The notes below the pieces were generated by a model. The model did not search any database. It was not told the DNA's origin and was given only the letters and a program-made list of their open reading frames with translations. Below are positions 41,185-49,793 of a stretch of DNA of 64,000 nt, piece by piece (the first letter of the stretch is position 1; every line of letters begins with the position of its first letter). The stretch is taken from the NCBI GenBank assembly GCA_938084575.1, contig CALKFG010000006.1, forward strand, positions 225,579-289,578, written 5' to 3'. The translations under genes were made by a program, and so were the position numbers. Origin of the DNA: an uncultured Hyphomonadaceae bacterium. GTDB taxonomy: Bacteria; Pseudomonadota; Alphaproteobacteria; Caulobacterales; Hyphomonadaceae.

Positions 41185-43232
41185 GTTCCAATCGCCAGGT
41201 CGACCCCATGTTTAACCGTCGCGCCATAATGGCGGCCGGGGGCGGCGCCCTTTTGTTTGGCGGGCTAATCGCTCGCCTGTTTCAATTGCAAATTTTGAAC
41301 CGGGAAAAATATCAACTCGCGGCGGCTGATAACAGCGTGAAACTGGAACTTGCTCCCCCCCAGCGGGGACAAATTCTTGATCGCTTCGGACGGTCTCTCG
41401 CCTCTCACAGGCGCGCAGGACGTATATCGGTTGTACCTGAGCAATCTGGAGATCTTTCTGCGGTGCTGCAAAAGATCTCCCAATATATCGATTTACCCCG
41501 TGAAAGACAGGACCGCATTCTGTCCCAAGCGCGGCGTCAGGCGGCCTTTCAGCCAGTCATTGTTGCCCGCGAACTGTCCTACGAAGATTTTGCCCGCATG
41601 TCCCTCCGAGCGCCCCAAATGCCGGGTGTCCTTGTGGAAATGGCATCAACTCGCTCGTATCCACGCGGTCGCGATTTCGCGCATGTTCTCGGTTATGTCT
41701 CTCGGGCGAGCAACGACTATATTTTTAGAGAGGCTTTTAACACTCTAAATTCATCGCGGGACCGCAAGCTCGATGAGGCGCTTGCAAAAGAGTTCTCTGG
41801 CATCAGAATGTCGCGTCAGCTGCGCCAGGATTTTTTCCTGACCCATCCGGATGAGGCGGGCCTTCTGCGTGCTTTTCATGACACTTATGGTGATGTTGCG
41901 ACCTTGCTAAAACACCGTGACATGAGGGCAGGACGGTCAGGTATCGAGCTGCGTGCAGAAGCCTATTTAAGGGGAAAATCCGGATTTCGTCGCTTGGAAA
42001 CCAACGCTGCGGGTCGGATTATCCGCGAATTACCAAGTGAAGATCTGGCTCCAGTACCCGGGCGCGACCTCTATCTTACAGTCGATGCAGAATTGCAAAA
42101 ATTTGCCATTGATCGTTTTGGCGGGGAAAGTGGCGCTGCGGTCGTTCTTGATATTGATACGGGGGACTTGCTGGCTTTTGTGTCCACCCCGGCCTTTGAT
42201 CCGAATGATTTTGTGAACGGAATTTCCCAAGCGGACTATGACAAACTGAGATTCAGCGATCGCTACCCTCTCTATCATAAGGCCTATGATGGTACATATC
42301 CTCCTGGCTCTACGTTCAAGATGGTGGTTGCCACAGCGGCGCTGGAGGCCGGGATCATTGATCCTGAGGAAAGAGTTCACTGCAATGGCAGGTATCATTT
42401 CGGCAACAATACCTGGCACTGCTGGCGTCGGCAGGGACATGGTTCGGTGAACATGCACAGTGCTATAAAAGGCTCTTGCGATGTCTATTTTTACGAGATT
42501 GCCCGGCGTATGGGCATTGAGACGCTCGCAGAAACGGCAAAAGAGTTTGGGTTTGGACAGAGCTGGGATCTGGGCCTTACAGGCGGACGTCAAGGTGTCG
42601 TCCCCAACAATGCCTGGAAGCTCGAGGCCCAGGGCGAACCTTGGTATGAAGGAGAGACTTTGAATATCGGGATCGGGCAGGGGCAGCTGTCTGCCACGCC
42701 TCTTCAATTAGCTGTTATGACGGCGCGGATCGCGGCGGAGGGGCGGCTGATCAATCCCCAGATTATCGGGATAGGTCCCAAGCCAGGCGCCGATATTCCC
42801 GGGGACAAGCCGTTGGACAGAGCCCGGATGCAGCGGATGAAAGCCGGCATGTTCGGCGTCACCTCGGAAGCCGGCGGCACGGCCCTGCGCGCGGGGGATC
42901 TCGGCCTCGGGGGTCCCCGCCTGGCCGGCAAAACCGGCACCGCCCAGGTGCGGCGGATCTCGGCTGCAGAGCGTCGCAGCGGCATTCTCAAGGGCGAGGA
43001 AATCGACCGCAGGCTGCGCGACCATGCCCTGTTCGTCGCCTACGCGCCGCATGATGACCCGAAATATGCGATCTCTGTGATCGTCGAGCATGGCGAGGGC
43101 GGGTCCCGCACCGCAGCGCCGATCGCCCGCGACATTCTGGCGGAAGCCCTGCGCCAGGATTCCCGCCGCGCGCCAAATTATGTCCAGACCGCCGCGCTGG
43201 CGCCCGGGCGCAGCGGCGGAGGCGGGAGCTGA
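41181..43232 (+). CDS. mrdA: Penicillin-binding protein 2 (elongasome transpeptidase)
   Basis: 683 aa. PBP dimerisation domain, STFK, and KTGTAQV in the transpeptidase domain. TTG start in the track, with an alternative ATG at 41208. Confidence 0.92.
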   Translation: MSSNRQVDPMFNRRAIMAAGGGALLFGGLIARLFQLQILNREKYQLAAADNSVKLELAPPQRGQILDRFGRSLASHRRAGRISVVPEQSGDLSAVLQKISQYIDLPRERQDRILSQARRQAAFQPVIVARELSYEDFARMSLRAPQMPGVLVEMASTRSYPRGRDFAHVLGYVSRASNDYIFREAFNTLNSSRDRKLDEALAKEFSGIRMSRQLRQDFFLTHPDEAGLLRAFHDTYGDVATLLKHRDMRAGRSGIELRAEAYLRGKSGFRRLETNAAGRIIRELPSEDLAPVPGRDLYLTVDAELQKFAIDRFGGESGAAVVLDIDTGDLLAFVSTPAFDPNDFVNGISQADYDKLRFSDRYPLYHKAYDGTYPPGSTFKMVVATAALEAGIIDPEERVHCNGRYHFGNNTWHCWRRQGHGSVNMHSAIKGSCDVYFYEIARRMGIETLAETAKEFGFGQSWDLGLTGGRQGVVPNNAWKLEAQGEPWYEGETLNIGIGQGQLSATPLQLAVMTARIAAEGRLINPQIIGIGPKPGADIPGDKPLDRARMQRMKAGMFGVTSEAGGTALRAGDLGLGGPRLAGKTGTAQVRRISAAERRSGILKGEEIDRRLRDHALFVAYAPHDDPKYAISVIVEHGEGGSRTAAPIARDILAEALRQDSRRAPNYVQTAALAPGRSGGGGS

Positions 43233-43235
43233 GCC

Positions 43236-44384
43236 ATGGCCGGGTCCCTGAATTTCAGAAGCAGAACACGGGTACAGGATCTGGGCCGCCTGCCCTGGGG
43301 CCTGATCCTGCTGATCTCGGCCATGGCCCTGATCGGCGTGGCGATCCTGTATTCAGCGACCTATACCAATCCGCGTGAGGCCGATCTCCCGATGAAGCAG
43401 GCGGTCCGGCTGGGCGCGGCTTTCATTGTCATGCTCGCGGTCGCCCTGGTGCCCCTGAAAGTCTGGTTCCAGATGGCCTGGCCGGCTTATGTTTCGACCT
43501 TTTTCCTGCTGATCTGTGTCGAGCTGTTTGGCGTGACCGGGGGGGGCGCCCAGCGCTGGTTGCAGGTTGGCCCGATCGCCATTCAGCCCTCGGAATTCAT
43601 GAAAGTGGCGCTGACCCTTGCGCTGGCCGCCTATTATCACAAGCGATGGAGGGATGAGTCCGGCGGGTTTTTGCTGCACGTTCCGGCGCTGGGGCTGATC
43701 TGCCTGCCCGCCATCCTGATCTTCAAACAGCCCGATTTCGGCACCACGCTGGCCCTGTTCGCCTCGGGCGGGATCCTCTTGTTCCTGGCTGGCCTGTACA
43801 AGCGCATCATCCTGTCGGTAATTGTCCTCGGCGTCGGCAGCATTCCCCTGGTCTACAGCTTTGTTCTGCAGGACTATCAGCGCGAGCGCGTGGACACGTT
43901 CGTGGCCCAGCTGACCGGGCAGTCGGTCAACCTGATCGATGATGGCTACCAGATTGAACAGGCCAAGATCGCGATCGGATCCGGCGGCCTGACAGGCAAG
44001 GGATATATGGAGGGGACCCAGGCCCAGCTGGATTACATCCCCGAACAGCACACGGATTTCATTCTCACCGTCCTGGCCGAGGAGTTTGGCTTTCTGGCCA
44101 CCACCGGTGTGTTGTTGATCTGGGCCTTGATCTTGGCGCTTGGCCTCATGATCGCACTGCGAACGACCAGCCTGTTCGGGCGGTTTGTGGCCGCGGGCGC
44201 TGTCGCCACGGTCGCCTTTTATATCCTGTTCAATATCGCGATGGTGCTGGGATTGCTGCCCGTCGTTGGTGTTCCCTTGCCGCTGCTGTCCTATGGCGGA
44301 ACCGTGATGATCACCGTGGCGACGTCTTTCGGGCTGGTGTGTTCGGTGCACCTGGCCAAGGACGACCCCTTGCAGGCCCTTTAG
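43236..44384 (+). CDS. rodA: Peptidoglycan glycosyltransferase RodA (SEDS family)
   Basis: 382 aa, FtsW/RodA/SpoVE family, about 10 TM. Follows mrdA. Confidence 0.93.
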   Translation: MAGSLNFRSRTRVQDLGRLPWGLILLISAMALIGVAILYSATYTNPREADLPMKQAVRLGAAFIVMLAVALVPLKVWFQMAWPAYVSTFFLLICVELFGVTGGGAQRWLQVGPIAIQPSEFMKVALTLALAAYYHKRWRDESGGFLLHVPALGLICLPAILIFKQPDFGTTLALFASGGILLFLAGLYKRIILSVIVLGVGSIPLVYSFVLQDYQRERVDTFVAQLTGQSVNLIDDGYQIEQAKIAIGSGGLTGKGYMEGTQAQLDYIPEQHTDFILTVLAEEFGFLATTGVLLIWALILALGLMIALRTTSLFGRFVAAGAVATVAFYILFNIAMVLGLLPVVGVPLPLLSYGGTVMITVATSFGLVCSVHLAKDDPLQAL

Positions 44385-44415
44385 ATCCGCACATTGGTCG
44401 TTGATTTTTCAAGGC

Positions 44416-44445
44416 CCCTGTCTAGGCTGCTGACAAAAGACAGGG
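44416..44445 (+). promoter_or_regulatory. 5'-UTR hairpin overlapping the Shine-Dalgarno of the SNF transporter gene
   Basis: 8-bp stem CCCTGTCT / AGACAGGG with a 14-nt loop. The 3' arm covers the GGG of the GGGAG SD, which lies 7 nt before ATG 44455. Confidence 0.35.
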
Positions 44446-44454
44446 AGCCACGCC

Positions 44455-45900
44455 ATGGAAGCCATTGGGCGCAAGACAGAAAACTGGGGATCCAAATTCG
44501 GATTCATCATGGCCGCGGTCGGCTCGTCGGTCGGACTTGGCAATTTCTGGCGCTTCCCCTTTACCGCAGGGGAGAATGGTGGCGCGGCCTTCATCCTGAT
44601 TTATGTCATCTGCGTGATCATTTTCGGCCTGCCGGTGATGATGGCGGAATATGGCCTCGGTCGAAAATCGGGCATGTCGGCGGTCGAGGGCATTCATTCG
44701 CTGGCCCGGGCCGAAAGCCGCAGCGCGAATTGGGGCTTTGTCGGCTGGCTTGGATCCCTGGCGGCCTTCTTTATCCTGACCTTTTACATCGTTATCTCGG
44801 CCTGGATTATCCAGTTTGTTCCACAGGCTTTTTCCGGGGCTTTTTCCGGGTTTGCAGACACGGCAGCCGAAATGACCCGGCAGGCCCAGGCGGCCGATCC
44901 GGACGCAGCGGCCGTGTCGATCGCGGATGTGTCTGGGGCCAATTTCGGCCGCTCCATCAGCGATAAGGGCGCAGTGCTGTTTTGCCTGTTCCTGTTCGTG
45001 GCGGCGAATACGCTGATCGTTGCGCGCGGCATACGCGGCGGGATTGAACGGGCTGCAACCATTCTGATGCCGGCCTTCTTCGTGCTGCTTCTGGTTGTTG
45101 TCGGCTATGCGCTGACCGTTGGCGATACCGCAAGGGCCGTTGATTTCCTGCTCACTCCTGACTTCTCAAAGGTCGGGTTTGGCACATTGCTGGCTGCTGT
45201 CGGGCAGGCCTTTTTCTCGATCAGCGTCGGCTCCTGCATGATGATCACCTACGGTGCCTATTTGTCGTCAGATACCAATATTGCGAAATCATCGGCCATT
45301 GTTGCCGGTTCGGACACGCTGGTTGCCCTGATCGCCGGCTTCGCCATCTTCCCGATTGTCTTCGCCTTTGGCGCTGACCCGGCCGCCGGCCCCAGCCTGT
45401 TCTTTGTCTCCCTGCCCATCGCCTTCGGCACCATGCCCGGCGGCGATTTGATCGGGACAGCCTTTTTCATTCTCGCTTTGTTTGCCGCCTTGACCTCATC
45501 CATCTCTCTGATGGAAGTGGCGGTGTCCTGGTTCGAAGAGCGTCAGGGCGTGAACCGTCCGGGGGCGGCTCTGGGCATCGGATTCGTCCTGTTCATGATC
45601 GGAACGGGATATGTTTTCTCGGCCGATTACATCGACTTCGCGGACTTTGTGACCGGGGTCATTATGCTTCCGCTCTGCGGTCTTCTGGTGGCCTGGTTCG
45701 CCGGGCGGGTGTTGAGCCGGGAAATGATGGTATCGGAATTTGGCGAGGGACTGACGATGAATCTCTGGCGCTTCGCCTGCCGCTGGGTGGTGCCGCCGGC
45801 CCTGTTGTTCATCCTTGTCTTCGGCGCCCTCGATCAGCTGCAGGGGTTTGGTCTGGCATTGCCCGGCCCCCTGACCTGGCTGCTGGGTCCAAACGGCTAA
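44455..45900 (+). CDS. Sodium-dependent transporter, neurotransmitter:sodium symporter (SNF) family
   Basis: 481 aa. N-terminal signature GSSVGLGNFWRFPFTAGENGGAAF. Confidence 0.9.
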   Translation: MEAIGRKTENWGSKFGFIMAAVGSSVGLGNFWRFPFTAGENGGAAFILIYVICVIIFGLPVMMAEYGLGRKSGMSAVEGIHSLARAESRSANWGFVGWLGSLAAFFILTFYIVISAWIIQFVPQAFSGAFSGFADTAAEMTRQAQAADPDAAAVSIADVSGANFGRSISDKGAVLFCLFLFVAANTLIVARGIRGGIERAATILMPAFFVLLLVVVGYALTVGDTARAVDFLLTPDFSKVGFGTLLAAVGQAFFSISVGSCMMITYGAYLSSDTNIAKSSAIVAGSDTLVALIAGFAIFPIVFAFGADPAAGPSLFFVSLPIAFGTMPGGDLIGTAFFILALFAALTSSISLMEVAVSWFEERQGVNRPGAALGIGFVLFMIGTGYVFSADYIDFADFVTGVIMLPLCGLLVAWFAGRVLSREMMVSEFGEGLTMNLWRFACRWVVPPALLFILVFGALDQLQGFGLALPGPLTWLLGPNG

Positions 45901-46856
45901 GCGCCGAAGCGTCGACCGAAGTCGCGGGTTGCCCGGATGAGCTTGTCGACAATGCCGGGCTCAAGACTTGAATGCCCGGCTCCGCCGACGATCTGAAGCT
46001 CTGAAGCCGGCCAGGCCTTATGCAGCGCCCAGGCTGACGACAGGGGCGTGACAACGTCATAGCGTCCGTGGACAATGATCCCCGGAATGTCCTGCAGGGT
46101 CTGGGCCGCCTGCTCCAGGAGCCAGCCATCCTTTGCAAAGAACCCCTTATTGACGAAATAATGACATTCAATACGGGCGAAGGCGTCGGCAAAACTGTCT
46201 TCTTCGAACCGCTTCGGGCGACTGGTGGGCCCCTGAATGGTGATGGTTTCTCCCTCCCAGCAGGCCCAGGCCTTGGCGGCACGGATTCGCGCCTTGTGAT
46301 CTGAGCCGGTCAGGCGCCGGTGAAAGGCATGCAGAAGGTCATGGCGCTCATCGGCAGGGATGGGCTCAACGTAACGCTCATAGGCGTCGGGGAACAGGCG
46401 GCTGGCCCCGGACTGGTAGAACCAGCTAATCTCGGCCTCCGTGATCAGGAAAATACCCCTCAGAATCAGCCCCAGCACGTTTTCGGGATGCTGGACCGCA
46501 TAGGTCAGGGACAGGGTCGACCCCCACGAGCCGCCAAACACGACCCATTTGTCAATGTTCAGCAGCGTCCGGACCCGCTCAATATCCTCGACCAGCGCCC
46601 ATGTGGTGTTCTCTTCCAGCTCTGAATTCGGCGTGGATTTTCCACAGCCACGCTGGTCCATCAGGATAATGCGATAAACTTCGGGATCGAAAAAACGCCG
46701 CATTTCCGGGCTCGACCCGCCGCCTGGGCCGCCGTGCAGCGCGATGACGGGAATGCCCTCCGGATTACCGGATTCTTCCCAGTAAATGCGATGCAGCGTT
46801 CCGACATTCAGAAAGCCACTGCGTCGTGCCTCAAGAGGTGCATATAGTTTAAGCAT
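45897..46856 (-). CDS. pip: Prolyl aminopeptidase (proline iminopeptidase)
   Basis: 319 aa. HGGPGGG, nucleophile GGSWGSTL, S33-family layout. Confidence 0.9.
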   Translation of the reverse strand: MLKLYAPLEARRSGFLNVGTLHRIYWEESGNPEGIPVIALHGGPGGGSSPEMRRFFDPEVYRIILMDQRGCGKSTPNSELEENTTWALVEDIERVRTLLNIDKWVVFGGSWGSTLSLTYAVQHPENVLGLILRGIFLITEAEISWFYQSGASRLFPDAYERYVEPIPADERHDLLHAFHRRLTGSDHKARIRAAKAWACWEGETITIQGPTSRPKRFEEDSFADAFARIECHYFVNKGFFAKDGWLLEQAAQTLQDIPGIIVHGRYDVVTPLSSAWALHKAWPASELQIVGGAGHSSLEPGIVDKLIRATRDFGRRFGA

Positions 46857-46963
46857 GATCAGCCCCTGTTCACCGCCTCTTCACCTATTGTGGTTTACCG
46901 ATTGAATAAAGGTGTGGACGGCGTTTTTCTCATCTGTATGAGTGGGACAAGTTCCAGATTAGA

Positions 46964-47626
46964 TTGACGAGGCGGATTCTGCCCATGCGTAGAGTTGGAT
47001 TGCTGTTTATTCTTTTGCTGCCGCTTGCCGCTTGTGGAACCGTGTCGATGGTTTCCGGTCAGGCACTGGTCGAAACCAGTTTTGCAGCCGAGAAATCGAG
47101 TCTCGAAAAGGTCTGTGATTCCTACAATCAAAAGGCAAGAGATGCGCATTGGGTCGCGCCATCGGGCGGCCTGTTCGGTCTTGCCCGGACACTCGTCGAC
47201 GGCGACCGGACCGACGAGGACGGGCAGGACGCCTATCTGGAGGCGCACACCATCCAACAGGTGACGCCGGAGCGTGCTCTCAGTCAGATTGTCGACGATG
47301 TGACTCAGGCCCGTGCCGGCCTCGAAATCGTTACCGATGAAGCCAGGATGACGGTCTGGACGGCCACGCTGAACGGATTTGATCTGCGATCGGAGATGAT
47401 GAGCTTCGAAACCGTTCTTGTGACGGCCCAGAGAAGCCGCCGGACTTTTGTGTCTGCCAGCCAGGTGGTGCGGGATGCGGCCGGACAGGCCGCATTGGAC
47501 ATGAGCGCATTCGAGACAGCTCTCGGAGAGCTTGATCGCGCGATTGACGGGGCCCGCGAGACGGTGGACCTGCTCGCCGCGGCCTACGCACCCGAGCCGG
47601 ACACCACCCCCGGCCTGACCTCCTAA
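46964..47626 (+). CDS. Hypothetical lipoprotein
   Basis: 220 aa. Lipobox LPLAACG. No family recognised by eye. Confidence 0.55.
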   Translation: MTRRILPMRRVGLLFILLLPLAACGTVSMVSGQALVETSFAAEKSSLEKVCDSYNQKARDAHWVAPSGGLFGLARTLVDGDRTDEDGQDAYLEAHTIQQVTPERALSQIVDDVTQARAGLEIVTDEARMTVWTATLNGFDLRSEMMSFETVLVTAQRSRRTFVSASQVVRDAAGQAALDMSAFETALGELDRAIDGARETVDLLAAAYAPEPDTTPGLTS

Positions 47627-49296
47627 GAATCAACCAGGCCCCAGGCGGTCATAAGAGCCGCGGCCAAATCCCTGGTCCGCCTCCGGACATCGTCCGGGGT
47701 CCAGCCAACCCTGTTTTTCAGATCCGCAGTCAGGGCATATTGCGGTGTTCCTTCCTGGAAATACAGCTTCTGTTTTTCAGGGAAGGACGCATTGTCGGCC
47801 TGCTGGTTCACGCTTTGCGGCAGCAGGGCAAAATTACCGATTGTTTCGCTCAGCTCCCGATGAACCGTTGGTGACGGCCAGGTTTGAGACCAGGCCGACC
47901 CCTCTGGCAGGATCCGGGGCAGGACGTGTTCAACCGTTGCGCCATCTTCCGGTCCAAGGGCCGTCCCACCTTCCAGGGCGGCGTTCAGTCTGAGCGCGAT
48001 CGCGCGGCGCTGGCTGAATGAGCCAAAGCGGCCGAGCAAGCGGTTCAGAATGCGGGTTTTCTCGTCACGGGAGAGCATCAGCGGGCCACGTTGTGACAGC
48101 AGGCTTGCCGGCCGGTCGATGGCTTCAGCAACCCGGCCATAGCGTTTCAGACGCTGCTTGCGTTCGGTCACCACCAGCATCATGGCGAAGGCGAACCTTT
48201 CCAGCCATTGGAAAAAAACCGCCGTCTGTTCGTGGCTGTAGGCCTTGCTGACAAGCATGCGCAAGGCAGGCGCCCGCCACAGCTGGTGATCGATCATGCG
48301 CAGGTGGGTGAGCGAAGTCTGCACCCGTTCACTGAACGCGCCGAAATCTCCTTCCTGTCCTGAGATCACCGTGTAGGCATCGACATAGGCTGGCAGTTCC
48401 GTGGCCAGAAAGTCCCGCGCATTGACCTTGTTCATGACCGCCTTGCGGAAACCCGTCGTGCCGGTCTGGGCATTGCGATTATACAGGGTCCGGATCTGGG
48501 ACAATAAATCGTCCAGGCCGGTTCCGCCGAGCCGGGCCTCATGCTCCGCCCAGGTGCGGGAGAAATGGTCGGCGTCCTCACGGCTCAGACTCGATTGTTC
48601 GAGCAGTTCTGTCTTGATGATGTCATGGCTGTTGGGGGCCTTGCCGCGTGTATTCAGAACCCGGAAAACGCGGTAGCCATCGTCCCATCCGTCGACGACG
48701 ACCTGAACCAGGACCAGCCGATGGACGATCGTATCGGCGAGCGCACGGCGGTCCGCGGTCGACATGGACTTCAGGCTGGTGACAATAAATTCTGCATTGT
48801 CTTGCATCCGGCTCTGGCTTTCCGAGCCACTGGCGTCTGTCACCTGCTCCAGCATGCGGCCTCTGGTTTGAAAGGCCACACGGAAATAGGCGCCGTCTAT
48901 GTGGTTCAGATTGAGATGCCAGACCGGCTCTGCCTGCCGCTCATCGGCGGAGCAGATCAGGGCCTGCAGCCTGTCGGCATAAGCGGGGTCGTCCTCGAGG
49001 TCGCGCAAAGCGCACAGCATCAGGGTCAGCGTCGTCAGCCGCTGCTGTCCGTCGACGATCAGAAAATGCGGATCGGTCTGGGCGACCAGAACGACGGCGC
49101 CGATAAAATGGGTCCGGCCGGAAGCGCTGGATTCCAGCAGATCATTCAGCAGGGCGCGGGCCTCTTCCCGGTCCCAGGAGTATGACCTCTGATAGGGGGG
49201 CATAGACAGCCGGATGCCCGATTGCAGCAATTCTGACAGAGACTTTTCTTCTGCCTTTGGGCCTCCGCTCATTCCAAAAGCCTCATGGTTCAACAA
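47623..49296 (-). CDS. DUF262 + DUF1524 protein (GmrSD-like type IV restriction-type nuclease architecture)
   Basis: 557 aa. N-terminal DUF262/ParB-like blocks PPYQRSYSW and IVDGQQRLTTL. C-terminal His-Me/DUF1524-like VEHVLPR ... IGNFALLPQSVNQQ. Confidence 0.8.
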   Translation of the reverse strand: MLNHEAFGMSGGPKAEEKSLSELLQSGIRLSMPPYQRSYSWDREEARALLNDLLESSASGRTHFIGAVVLVAQTDPHFLIVDGQQRLTTLTLMLCALRDLEDDPAYADRLQALICSADERQAEPVWHLNLNHIDGAYFRVAFQTRGRMLEQVTDASGSESQSRMQDNAEFIVTSLKSMSTADRRALADTIVHRLVLVQVVVDGWDDGYRVFRVLNTRGKAPNSHDIIKTELLEQSSLSREDADHFSRTWAEHEARLGGTGLDDLLSQIRTLYNRNAQTGTTGFRKAVMNKVNARDFLATELPAYVDAYTVISGQEGDFGAFSERVQTSLTHLRMIDHQLWRAPALRMLVSKAYSHEQTAVFFQWLERFAFAMMLVVTERKQRLKRYGRVAEAIDRPASLLSQRGPLMLSRDEKTRILNRLLGRFGSFSQRRAIALRLNAALEGGTALGPEDGATVEHVLPRILPEGSAWSQTWPSPTVHRELSETIGNFALLPQSVNQQADNASFPEKQKLYFQEGTPQYALTADLKNRVGWTPDDVRRRTRDLAAALMTAWGLVDS

Positions 49297-49454
49297 CTAC
49301 CCCAAAAAGTTAGGCAGATTTCGAAGGCAGGCAATGGGGAATGCCGGATAGTCTGCAGGATACAGGGGAGGGTGTCCTTAAAGACACAGGGGGACAGGGG
49401 TCCGGGGCAACACGCAGCGGAGGCGGCTTGGACGTCTACCCGGCGGGGCAGCCA

Positions 49455-49505
49455 GGCGGGCGTAAGGCGGACTCAGGGCGGGCGCAAGGCGGACTCAGGG
49501 CGGGC
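49455..49505. repeat. 22-bp tandem repeat, 2.3 copies (GGCGGGCGYAAGGCGGACTCAG)
   Basis: Units at 49455-49476 and 49477-49498 differ at one position (T/C). A partial third unit GGCGGGC follows. Confidence 0.85.
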
Positions 49506-49793
49506 CGCCCGGGCTGGGCTGAACCCTCCGGGGCCGGACGGGGCCAGAGCGGCCCGAAACCGCGAGACAGATGAGCAGGGACCAGATAAAGCAACGGGGT
49601 CCCACTTTCATGGAACCCCGGTCTCCCCCGAGACGCCCCCATCCGGCCACCTGGCCGTGGACGTGGGGCGCGGGAGTCGACCAAGGGGTATGGGGGCTCG
49701 GCGACACTGTCAAATCAAACTTTTTGTCGGCAGGGTTTTGTCTTGGCCGACGGAACGTTCTAAATCCGAGAGGAAGCGCGGGAGGAGATCACC

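Noticed and set aside
49455-49505. Tandem 22-mers considered as a CRISPR array
   Set aside because: The repeats are directly adjacent with no spacers, there are only about 2.3 copies, and no cas genes are present.
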